A DNA stretch of 64,000 nucleotides, from the NCBI GenBank assembly GCA_963666285.1, contig OY762711.1, one strand, 5' to 3'. Positions within the stretch are counted from its first letter, which is position 1, and the number at the start of each line of letters is the position of its first letter. Positions 53,822 to 62,671 of the stretch are shown here, piece after piece. A program made the translations under genes and the position numbers. The notes beneath the pieces are model-generated. The model was given only the letters and a program-made list of their open reading frames with translations, was not told the origin of the DNA and searched no databases. The DNA is from Sedimentisphaerales bacterium. GTDB taxonomy: Bacteria > Planctomycetota > Phycisphaerae > Sedimentisphaerales > SM23-30.

Positions 53822-54373
53822 ATGTCTATTGACCAAAATCCAAAGGAAAATCCTGAAAGTGATCGCGGTGACCGTTTTATGAAGTTATATACCGCGGTAC
53901 AACGTCGTTTGTATGGTTATATAATGGCGATGGTTCCAGATGAGACAGCGGTAGAGGATATAATTCAGGAAACGGTTTCATATATGTGGAAGCATTTTGA
54001 TGATTTTGAGCCGGGAACCGATTTTGCAGCGTGGTCATTTGCGATAGCGAAATACCGGATTTTCAATTATATCAAGCAGAAGCAAAAAGATAAGAAGACG
54101 TTTAGCAATAAGACCATCCAGGCGATAGAGGATGTTGTTATTGCCAGGACACAGGAGCAGGAAGACAACCGGCTTGACAGGCTGCGTAACTGTATGAAGA
54201 AACTGTCAGATCGGGACAGGAACCTGCTATCGTTGCGATATGAAGTGAACTCGAGTGTAAAAAATATATCAGAAAGGGTAGAACAGAGCGTAAATACGCT
54301 TTATAACAGGTTGTATCGGATAAGAATCTCGCTTTTGAACTGTGTAAATAAAGGTTTTGACCGAAATTACTAA
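53822..54373 (+). CDS. ECF sigma-70 factor (Rhodopirellula/Verrucomicrobium type)
   Basis: RLYGYI...EDIIQE...F.PGTDF.AW...IA.Y, region 4 LLSLRY...LYRIR..L..C. Confidence 0.92.
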   Translation: MSIDQNPKENPESDRGDRFMKLYTAVQRRLYGYIMAMVPDETAVEDIIQETVSYMWKHFDDFEPGTDFAAWSFAIAKYRIFNYIKQKQKDKKTFSNKTIQAIEDVVIARTQEQEDNRLDRLRNCMKKLSDRDRNLLSLRYEVNSSVKNISERVEQSVNTLYNRLYRIRISLLNCVNKGFDRNY

Positions 54374-54376
54374 TTT

Positions 54377-56092
54377 ATGACTCAAGATCAAAAAAAAGAA
54401 ATATATTATCTGCTGAACTGCCTTTGTGAAGGCATAATAAAGGATGATGAATTTGACAGATTAGAGGAACTGCTTAACTCAGACAGGCAGGTACGAGAAA
54501 TGTATGTAGATTTCATTTCTTTATGGTCTGATTTGAGAACATTCCAAATGTCGGTTTCGCCAAGAAATGATGGAGGTATTTCAAGCATCCAGAATGTTAT
54601 GGATACGCCGTACCAGATAAGTGATACCGGGATATGGGAGGCACTTCTTAAGGCAGAGAAAGAATATTCAGCACTTGAGATAGCAGAAGAGCCAGAACAA
54701 GAAGCGGTAGTGGGACTCAAGCCGTCGAATAAAAAACCGAGCAGATTCTATTCGATATATAATAAAATAGTCTATGCAGCGGCAGTATTAATGTTTGTTC
54801 TCATAGTTTATAATTATGTATTTCCGCCAAAATATACAGTAGAGGTTGCAACAGTAAGTGACCAAATTGGAGTATTATGGGGCAACTCATCTGAAACCAT
54901 GGATATAAATGACCGTGTCTTGACAAATCAGCCTCCATTTATACTAGATAAAGGGCTGGTGAAGCTTGAGTTTGATGATGGTGTTAATGTGTTGATTGAA
55001 GGCCCGGCAGAATTTATGGTGGAAAGAAAGGGTCTTTCATTAACATACGGTAAATTGTATTCTCATGTGTATGAGACAGGCCGAGGATTTACAGTTGATA
55101 CTCCCAATACACGTTTTATCGATCTTGGAACCGAATTTTGTGTTTTGGCGGAAAAGAATAAATCATCAGAGCTGCATGTATTGAAGGGAGAAGTTCAATA
55201 TTTTTACGGCTTGCCGGGTGCAAATAAGTCGAGCAAGATTATTACAGAGAATAATGCGAGAAGATTTGACGGCGACTCTGGAGAAGTTCAGGCAATACCG
55301 GTAGCAAATACCTCATTTGTGCGTCATTTAGACTCTAAAAGCGGTTTTATCTGGCGAGGCCGAAACAGGATATCCTTAGTGAACATACTATCAGGAAATA
55401 TATTTACTGCATCGCCGGACGGTGTTGAGATTAACCCGGTTACGGGAGAATATGTAACACATGAAGATTATGTGAGCGGAATTGAGAGAAGCGGCGGACT
55501 AGAGTATCAGGAAATGGACAGTCCATTTATCGACGGTACATTTGTGCCGCAGGGTGGTCAGCCGCAAGTGATAACGTCAACTCAATTGAAATGGCAGGCA
55601 CCGAAGACAAGTGGTTTGCTACATTATAACCTGAGCGATCGTAAGATTATTTATGATGGTGTTTCGGATAAGAGGTATAATCTCTCGCTGAAAGATGATC
55701 CCGGCGATTCTCCTTCATTGTTAATGCATCCGAATATGGGCCTGACGTTAGACCTTGGAAAAATACGTAAAGAGATTACCGGAATGAATATTGTAAGATT
55801 TTCTGTGAGGTGCGGTATTGCAGATGCCATGGATGAGGTTCTCAGTACTTTGTATCCGGATGGAAAAGTTCCTGAATTACAAAAGCCGGAAATGGCTTTT
55901 ATAGTCTTACTTGACGGTAAAGAATGCAAAACAGAACGCGGAATAAGCCTGGAATCCGGGGCAAGAAAAATTGATATAGAAATTGATTCTGAAGCACGTT
56001 TTTTAACCTTAGCGGCAACAGATGGAAATCAATCATTTGTGTATGACTGGTTTTTCCTGGAAGACCCTGTGTTGGTAATAGAATCTCAATAG
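54377..56092 (+). CDS. FecR-like anti-sigma factor with C-terminal NPCBM-like domain
   Basis: LEELL..D...R..Y, TM helix, IEGPA.F, GFTV.TP...DLGTEF, HV..GEV; C-terminal RFLTLAATDG...DW. Confidence 0.85.
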   Translation: MTQDQKKEIYYLLNCLCEGIIKDDEFDRLEELLNSDRQVREMYVDFISLWSDLRTFQMSVSPRNDGGISSIQNVMDTPYQISDTGIWEALLKAEKEYSALEIAEEPEQEAVVGLKPSNKKPSRFYSIYNKIVYAAAVLMFVLIVYNYVFPPKYTVEVATVSDQIGVLWGNSSETMDINDRVLTNQPPFILDKGLVKLEFDDGVNVLIEGPAEFMVERKGLSLTYGKLYSHVYETGRGFTVDTPNTRFIDLGTEFCVLAEKNKSSELHVLKGEVQYFYGLPGANKSSKIITENNARRFDGDSGEVQAIPVANTSFVRHLDSKSGFIWRGRNRISLVNILSGNIFTASPDGVEINPVTGEYVTHEDYVSGIERSGGLEYQEMDSPFIDGTFVPQGGQPQVITSTQLKWQAPKTSGLLHYNLSDRKIIYDGVSDKRYNLSLKDDPGDSPSLLMHPNMGLTLDLGKIRKEITGMNIVRFSVRCGIADAMDEVLSTLYPDGKVPELQKPEMAFIVLLDGKECKTERGISLESGARKIDIEIDSEARFLTLAATDGNQSFVYDWFFLEDPVLVIESQ

Positions 56093-56242
56093 TAGAATGC
56101 TTGTGTGTTATTTATTGACCAGCATCAAATGCGAGGCCTTTACAGGGAAATAAAGTGAATCCAGTTTGAGAACAATAAAAATATGAATAGAAAATCGTTT
56201 GCAGGAATGTAGACCTGCGAAATAATAAAGGCAATCTCTGAT

Positions 56243-56370
56243 AATTCATTTTGAACGACTAATTTTACTTTTGTCTGCTGACATATTTGACATAAAGCAG
56301 TGAATACAGCCCAATATGCACGATTTTATGTTTATTGTCAGCAATCAAAAAAGTATAGACTATCGTATCA
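56243..56370 (-). repeat. ~125-bp palindromic element P, copy 2 (inverted)
   Basis: Reverse complement TGCTGACAATAAACATAAAATCGTGCATATTG...TGTCAGCAGACAAAAGTAAAATTAGTCG matches 45609-45734. Confidence 0.85.
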
Positions 56371-56416
56371 AATGTATTCAAGAGGTCAGCTAAAATATTC
56401 TTTGGAGGAATAGGTC

Positions 56417-57166
56417 ATGAAAAGATGTTTGCTAATTGTTATCGTTGGAATCATATCATCAATTGCGTCAGTAAGCCATGCGGCTGTAATAAGCTGGAAT
56501 AATGACACATATTCTACGGTTGGCGGTGATGGTGCGAGTAGTCTTCCTGCCTTGTCAGAAGTGGGTGGTGCATATTCAGCCGGCGGCTGGACTAACAACT
56601 GGCCGGATTATGATTATACCGATCTTCGAGATAACACAGGAAGTGAAACGACAATGGATCTTGCTATTTCCAATAATGGCGGAACATGGGTAGCCTGGGA
56701 CTGGAATCATCCTGGACAGGATGCAGACGGATCCTGGAATAATGAAATGCTGAATGGTTATCTGAATGGCGGCGGTTCTGAAAACAGTGTAAGTATTACT
56801 TTGAGTGAAGTTCCTTATGCCGTATATGATGTATATGTTTATGTTGTTTCTGATAACAATACACGTACAGGGACAGTAACTGACGGTATAACAACGTATA
56901 GTTTTGGCGTTCTTGATAATATGATCAACTCAGGCGGAAACGCATTGTTAGTACAAACAACCGATATTAGCGGTGCGAATCCAGAGGCAAACTATGCCGT
57001 ATTCAGCGGTCTTAGCGGAGATACCCAGACATTCTCGACAACATTTTATAATGCTGATGGCGGCTTTGATTATGGCGGGATCGCAGGATTCCAGGTAGTT
57101 GAAGTTCCGGAACCGGCAACATTAGTCATCATGGGCTTAGGAGCTATGATTATACGTCGAAGATAA
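56417..57166 (+). CDS. PEP-CTERM sorting-domain protein
   Basis: Signal peptide; C-terminal VPEPATLVIMGLGAMIIRRR. Confidence 0.9.
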   Translation: MKRCLLIVIVGIISSIASVSHAAVISWNNDTYSTVGGDGASSLPALSEVGGAYSAGGWTNNWPDYDYTDLRDNTGSETTMDLAISNNGGTWVAWDWNHPGQDADGSWNNEMLNGYLNGGGSENSVSITLSEVPYAVYDVYVYVVSDNNTRTGTVTDGITTYSFGVLDNMINSGGNALLVQTTDISGANPEANYAVFSGLSGDTQTFSTTFYNADGGFDYGGIAGFQVVEVPEPATLVIMGLGAMIIRRR

Positions 57167-57353
57167 GATTATGCTTACGTGCATTTTCAGTATATGGCTA
57201 GTATGAAAGTTAGCAATAACCATATGAATATGTATAAAATTATCTCAAACTAACTGATTGGCAGTTTGAGCATGCTATATTTGTTACAGCAAAACAAAGT
57301 GTAAAATCGGTCACTTTGTGTAAATAGTTATGTTTTGTTTAAGGAGAACTATA

Positions 57354-59318
57354 ATGAAGAAATTGTTATTGGTAATTGTATTGTCTATTTCATCTCTAAG
57401 TTGGGGGCTGGTATTAAACAATGCAAATTTTGATGCACAGACTATAGCAGATGGCGGATGGTCATCACCTGCCGATGTTGCAGAATGGGACTTGAACTTT
57501 GGGTATTCACATGCGCAGAATTTACCGCAGGGTGATAGCGGCGGTGCAATGACTGTGCCGGCACAAAGCGGTGAGAACACCTGTGGCCTTAATGGTGATG
57601 ATGGTGATAATGGCGGTACCTATATATCTCAGATAGTAAAGGAAGACGATGGTGTAACCGCAGTATTGGTAGAGGCAGGAAAGACATATAAGGTAACAGT
57701 ATGGGTTGGCAGAAGGTCAGGTGACCAGGGCACCTATGCTGGTATTCTAAATGTTTATCTGCAGGAAACCTCCGGTGAAGAACCAACAGATATTACCATG
57801 GCTTCTTATGATCTGATAGCCCAGGAGCAAAATACCTGGACACAGCAGACATTGTACCTGTCGACCGGTGATAGCCCGGCCGGAATTGGCAGTGAGTTGA
57901 GGTTAATGCTGAGAAATGTTGGCGATCGAACAGACACTCACTGGCATCAGCAGGTTGTATTGGATGATGTTACGATAGCTCCTTCCAATATAGCAAAAGT
58001 ACCAGATCCTTATAACGGCGAGATTAAAGTAAATATTGATACGGCTTTGAACTGGGAAGCACCAGACGAGTTTGTACCGGTTGGATACGATGTCAGGATT
58101 GGTACTGATCCTAATATGACAACTGTTTTGGCAACAGGTACGACTGATACTACTGTTGACGCATCGCCAAGTGGTGACCTGGCATATAATACAAAATATT
58201 ACTGGCGTGTTGATGCGGTAGAATCAGACGGCGGCAGTACCGTAACACATTCAGGTGAGATGTGGGAATTTACAACAATTCCGGAAGCACCAGTATATAC
58301 ACTACAGCCTACCGTATTTGTTGCAGCACCGGGAACTGATGCCGAATTTGAAGTGTCAGCATTGAATACCACCAGTTATGAATGGTTCAAGTCCGCAGAT
58401 GCAGTTGTTGGTGATGACACATCGGCAGGTACCGGAGCCAAACTGGTTCTGACAGAAGTAGATGTAAATGATGAAGCATATTATTATTGTGTAGCAACAG
58501 GCCCGGCGGGATCTGAGATATCAGATATTGCTACATTAGCAGTAGAGCGTAAAGTTGCACATTGGACCCTGGATGAATTATCCAGTGGGCAATATGCCGA
58601 TATCAGCGGCGAAGGTCATAATGCGGATCCAAACGGAGCACCGACCTTCTCAGCCGGAGCTATTAATAATGGTGTAACAATAACAGATACTAACGGATGG
58701 GCGTCAGCAGGCACCTGGAATCCATCAGAATATTCGAAACAGCTGACGATTTCCATGTGGGTTAAGACAAGTGGCGATTTTGGTAACTGGCGAGGATTGA
58801 TATCTAAGCGTAATTCATGGGGGACAGATACCATGATGTGGCGTATGGAACAAGATAGTGGCACAGGAAATGTTGTATTTGGCAGCTCTTCCGGTTCTAT
58901 TGTGTCAGCTACTCCATTGCCGGCAGGTGAATGGGAGCATGTAGCAGTTACCTTTGACGGGTCAACGGCAACTATTTACCGAAATGGTGTAAACAGTGTA
59001 AGCGGTGCAGTGACATTCCAGAATAAAACCGATGCTAACCTTATGATTGGTGCCGGTGAAATGACAGATGACGGCACAGTAAGCTATATTTATCTGGGTG
59101 ACCTGGATGATATTCAGCTTTACAATTATGCGTTAAGCTATACTGAGGTTGCAGATCTATACCTGGAATCGCCTTTATCAGAACCATTTGTTTGTGTAGA
59201 ATCTTATGCTTCGGACTATGATTATGACAACAACTGTGTTATTGATGTCTATGATTTTTCAGTTATAGCATCTCAATGGCTAAGCTGCGGTCGCTATCCA
59301 GCATCTGAATGTAACTGA
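57354..59318 (+). CDS. Secreted non-catalytic multidomain protein (CBM-like, FN3-like, Ig, LamG, dockerin-like tail)
   Basis: YYWRVD...WEF.T, Ig (YEWFK...YYC), LamG (W.HVAVTFDG...G.LDD...YNYAL); ATG 57354 after AAGGAG. Confidence 0.82.
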   Translation: MKKLLLVIVLSISSLSWGLVLNNANFDAQTIADGGWSSPADVAEWDLNFGYSHAQNLPQGDSGGAMTVPAQSGENTCGLNGDDGDNGGTYISQIVKEDDGVTAVLVEAGKTYKVTVWVGRRSGDQGTYAGILNVYLQETSGEEPTDITMASYDLIAQEQNTWTQQTLYLSTGDSPAGIGSELRLMLRNVGDRTDTHWHQQVVLDDVTIAPSNIAKVPDPYNGEIKVNIDTALNWEAPDEFVPVGYDVRIGTDPNMTTVLATGTTDTTVDASPSGDLAYNTKYYWRVDAVESDGGSTVTHSGEMWEFTTIPEAPVYTLQPTVFVAAPGTDAEFEVSALNTTSYEWFKSADAVVGDDTSAGTGAKLVLTEVDVNDEAYYYCVATGPAGSEISDIATLAVERKVAHWTLDELSSGQYADISGEGHNADPNGAPTFSAGAINNGVTITDTNGWASAGTWNPSEYSKQLTISMWVKTSGDFGNWRGLISKRNSWGTDTMMWRMEQDSGTGNVVFGSSSGSIVSATPLPAGEWEHVAVTFDGSTATIYRNGVNSVSGAVTFQNKTDANLMIGAGEMTDDGTVSYIYLGDLDDIQLYNYALSYTEVADLYLESPLSEPFVCVESYASDYDYDNNCVIDVYDFSVIASQWLSCGRYPASECN

Positions 59319-59345
59319 TAATTGTGTTTGATTGCATTTTTCATG

Positions 59346-59382
59346 AAAACAGAGGCGAGCTAAACCTCGTCTCTGTTTTTTT
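59346..59382 (+). terminator. Rho-independent terminator
   Basis: ACAGAGGCGAG...CTCGTCTCTGT followed by a T run. Confidence 0.8.
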
Positions 59383-59514
59383 ATGCAAAATGAGACTAAT
59401 TGTGAGTGTATTTAGGCCAGAGATGATCTTATGAATGATAGTATAATCGTATGCGAGAACAGGTGGTATGGAGAAAGTATGAAAGTATATACGAAAATGG
59501 AAGTGAATCGAGTA

Positions 59515-62460
59515 ATGAAATCATTCTTTAGTTTTATGCTTGTTTTGACAGTGCTGTGTCAGGGAGTGCAGGCAGTTTTGCCAGAGCCGTGGCAGGGCCT
59601 TGATGTTGGTAATGTCGGTAGTGCGGGAAGTAGTTATTATTCAGATGGAACTTTTACTGTAAGCGGGTCAGGTGCCGACATATGGGATAGGGCAGATGAG
59701 TTTCAATATGTTTGCCAGCCTTACACCGGTGATTTTCAAATTGAAGGTACAGTAGTATCACAAACTGTTACTGACGGATGGGCCAAAGCAGGTTTGATGA
59801 TACGTGAGACGCTGGCGGATGATTCCTGTCATGTAATGATTGTTATTACCCCTTCGAATGGCAGTTCAATGCAACATCGACCGGAAGAAGGCGGCGTATC
59901 TTACCATATTACGCCAGGTAATGGTATGATAGTGCCATGTCACCTTAAGTTGATACGGGTAGGAGATGAATTCAGTGGGTACAGCTCAAACGATGGTGAA
60001 AACTGGGTGTTGATTTCTTCTGTAACGGTATCAATGGCAGCAGAGGTATATGCCGGTTTATGTGTGACAGCGCATAATGATGGTCAGATATCAACAGCAG
60101 AGTATGTAAATGTATCGATAGTTAACGATTCAAATCCTCCGGAACCAGACCCGGCAGGTTGGTCGGTAATGCCATATGCCAGCAGTAGTAATTCAGTTGA
60201 AATGACTGCAATAGCAGGAACGGATATCAGCGGCCCGGTGGAGTATTACTTTGAAGAGACAAGCGGAAACTCAGGGGGAAACAGCAGCGGCTGGATTTCA
60301 GAACCGGTATATAAGGATTTGGGGCTTCAAGCGATGGAAACGTATACGTACGTGGTTCGCATGCGAGATACAATGGGTAATGTTGGCAATGATTCTATAC
60401 CGGTTTCAGTAACAACAGGCCCGATTCCTGATTCTGATGATGATAATGATATTGATTTGGCGGACTATGCATTTTTTTCGTCAAACTGGCAAAAGACGGA
60501 TAGTTCGAAGGTTTCATGGGGCGGTGGTTCAGATTTTGACCTGAACGGTGTGGTTGACATTCCAGACCTTGAGATTTTGTGTAGTGCGTGGCTGGGAACG
60601 GGAGATTTGGGACATTTTTATGATTGGGCTGTTACGCCTCCTATGGGCTGGAACAGCTGGGATTGCTTCGGTTGTAGTGTTACGGAATCCGAGGTGAAAG
60701 CCAATGCAGATTATATGGCAGCACATTTGAAACAGTACGGATGGGAATATATAGTAGTTGATATACAATGGTATGAGCCGAAATCGGATTTAAACAGTGC
60801 GGATCCATACTCGTATCCCTCCGTTCTCGATACAAATATAGACGAATATGGTCGAGTATGGCCGGTTGCTAATAAGCATCCATCTTCGGTTGATGGGAAT
60901 GGTTTTATGCCACTGGCGGACTATGTCCATTCACTTGGTTTGAAATTTGGCGTTCACATGATGCGAGGAATACCAAAGGCGGCTTATGAGTCTTATACTC
61001 CAGTAAAAGGCACAATATACAGTGCAAGGGATATAGCAGATATATCAAGCACCTGTTCCTGGAATCCAGATATGTATGGCGTAGATATGAGTAAACCAGG
61101 TGCCCAGGAATATTATAATTCTGTGATAGATCAGGCTGCCGGATGGGGAGTGGATTATATCAAGATCGATGATTTGAGCCGCCCTTACCATCAGGATGAG
61201 ATAGAAGCTATCAGGAAAGCAATTGATCAATGCGGGCGGGCGATAGTGTTTAGTACTTCTCCGGGAGCAACGCCATTAACATCAGGAGAACATGTATCCC
61301 AAAATGCCAATTTATGGCGGATTAGTGACGATTTCTGGGACAGTTGGGGGTATTTGGATGATCAGTTCCAGAGACTTTACGACTGGAGTGTATGGAGAGG
61401 AAATGGCCATTATCCGGATGCTGATATGCTGCCGCTGGGAAATGTACGTGCCCGAAGTAATGGCTGGACGAATTTTACAGAAACTGAGCAGAAGACGATG
61501 ATGACATTATGGGCAATTGCCAGGTCGCCTTTGATGATGGGCGGTCATATGCCAAATAATGATGCATATACTCAGTCACTGCTGACTAATGCGGAAGTAT
61601 TAGAGGTAAATCAGCATAGTGAAAATAACCGTGCTATTGTCAATAGCAGTTATCCGATATGGGCGGCTGATGTGCCGGAATGTGATGATATATATCTTGC
61701 TGTGTTTAACCGTACATCAACAGGGCCGACCAATGTACAGGTGATATTGAGTCACCTGGGAGTAAAGCGATGCATGGTGAGAGACTTATGGCTGCATACG
61801 GACTTAGGAGAATATTCTGAAACATTTTCGCCGGATATTGAAGCGCATGGTGCGGGCCTATATAGAATAACAATACTTGAAAAGACTCCGGTTACAGAAC
61901 CGGTAAAAGATCTATATTTAATTAATCCGGATTTTGACACGCAGGTGATTGGAGATGGCGGCTGGACTGGAGCCGGAGATATATCAGGCTGGAATGATGA
62001 TACCGGCGGATGGGCCCATGCCCAGAATCTAAGCTCTTCGGCAATTGTGCCAGAATCTCAGAATGGTGATAACACCTGCGGGTTAAACCAGGGAGCCTGG
62101 ATAGGCCAGAATCTGAGTTATACAGACGGCAGTTCGGTAGTGATTGAGCCTGAAAAGGTGTATCAAGTATCATTATGGGTAGGTCGCAGGCTGGGTACGG
62201 AAGGTACAGCAGCCGGAATTTTAACGATTTACCTTGAGGATACAATAACCCGTGAGATTTTAGATGAGTATGTTTATGATCTGGAAATTCAAAGCCAAGG
62301 AGAGTGGGTGAGTAAGGAATTTGAACTAACTACAGGAACAGCTCCAGGCGGAACCGGCAATCCATTGCGGCTTGGCATGAAAAATACCGGAACACGCGGC
62401 GGTGAATTCTGGTATGGTCAGGTTGTTATTGATGATATTGATTTTAGCGAAACTGAATAG
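59515..62460 (+). CDS. Secreted multimodular GH27 (beta-L-arabinopyranosidase/alpha-galactosidase type)
   Basis: TPPMGWNSWD, YIVVDIQW, YIKIDD, WRISDDFWD, DADMLPLG; N-terminal GSGADIW/KAGLMIRE beta-sandwich, internal dockerin-like pair, C-terminal CBM-like domain. Confidence 0.88.
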   Translation: MKSFFSFMLVLTVLCQGVQAVLPEPWQGLDVGNVGSAGSSYYSDGTFTVSGSGADIWDRADEFQYVCQPYTGDFQIEGTVVSQTVTDGWAKAGLMIRETLADDSCHVMIVITPSNGSSMQHRPEEGGVSYHITPGNGMIVPCHLKLIRVGDEFSGYSSNDGENWVLISSVTVSMAAEVYAGLCVTAHNDGQISTAEYVNVSIVNDSNPPEPDPAGWSVMPYASSSNSVEMTAIAGTDISGPVEYYFEETSGNSGGNSSGWISEPVYKDLGLQAMETYTYVVRMRDTMGNVGNDSIPVSVTTGPIPDSDDDNDIDLADYAFFSSNWQKTDSSKVSWGGGSDFDLNGVVDIPDLEILCSAWLGTGDLGHFYDWAVTPPMGWNSWDCFGCSVTESEVKANADYMAAHLKQYGWEYIVVDIQWYEPKSDLNSADPYSYPSVLDTNIDEYGRVWPVANKHPSSVDGNGFMPLADYVHSLGLKFGVHMMRGIPKAAYESYTPVKGTIYSARDIADISSTCSWNPDMYGVDMSKPGAQEYYNSVIDQAAGWGVDYIKIDDLSRPYHQDEIEAIRKAIDQCGRAIVFSTSPGATPLTSGEHVSQNANLWRISDDFWDSWGYLDDQFQRLYDWSVWRGNGHYPDADMLPLGNVRARSNGWTNFTETEQKTMMTLWAIARSPLMMGGHMPNNDAYTQSLLTNAEVLEVNQHSENNRAIVNSSYPIWAADVPECDDIYLAVFNRTSTGPTNVQVILSHLGVKRCMVRDLWLHTDLGEYSETFSPDIEAHGAGLYRITILEKTPVTEPVKDLYLINPDFDTQVIGDGGWTGAGDISGWNDDTGGWAHAQNLSSSAIVPESQNGDNTCGLNQGAWIGQNLSYTDGSSVVIEPEKVYQVSLWVGRRLGTEGTAAGILTIYLEDTITREILDEYVYDLEIQSQGEWVSKEFELTTGTAPGGTGNPLRLGMKNTGTRGGEFWYGQVVIDDIDFSETE

Positions 62461-62595
62461 GCAGTATATTCGAGATCTAATTCGTTGGGTGCATAATTCT
62501 TATTAGATTTTGGGTGTATCCTATACACTGTGCAGGTTAACAGCTTACACAGTGTATATTTTTGACAGTGTAATCATTTGAAGCATATTATAAAG

Positions 62596-62627
62596 AAAGC
62601 CCTGTAATCATTCGATTACAAGGCTTT
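62596..62627. terminator. Bidirectional terminator between convergent genes
   Basis: AAAGCCCTGTAATC-ATTC-GATTACAAGGCTTT. Confidence 0.7.
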
Positions 62628-62671
62628 ATATTTAGTAGGAATGTTCTTATGTTTGAAAGCATAAGGGCCTA

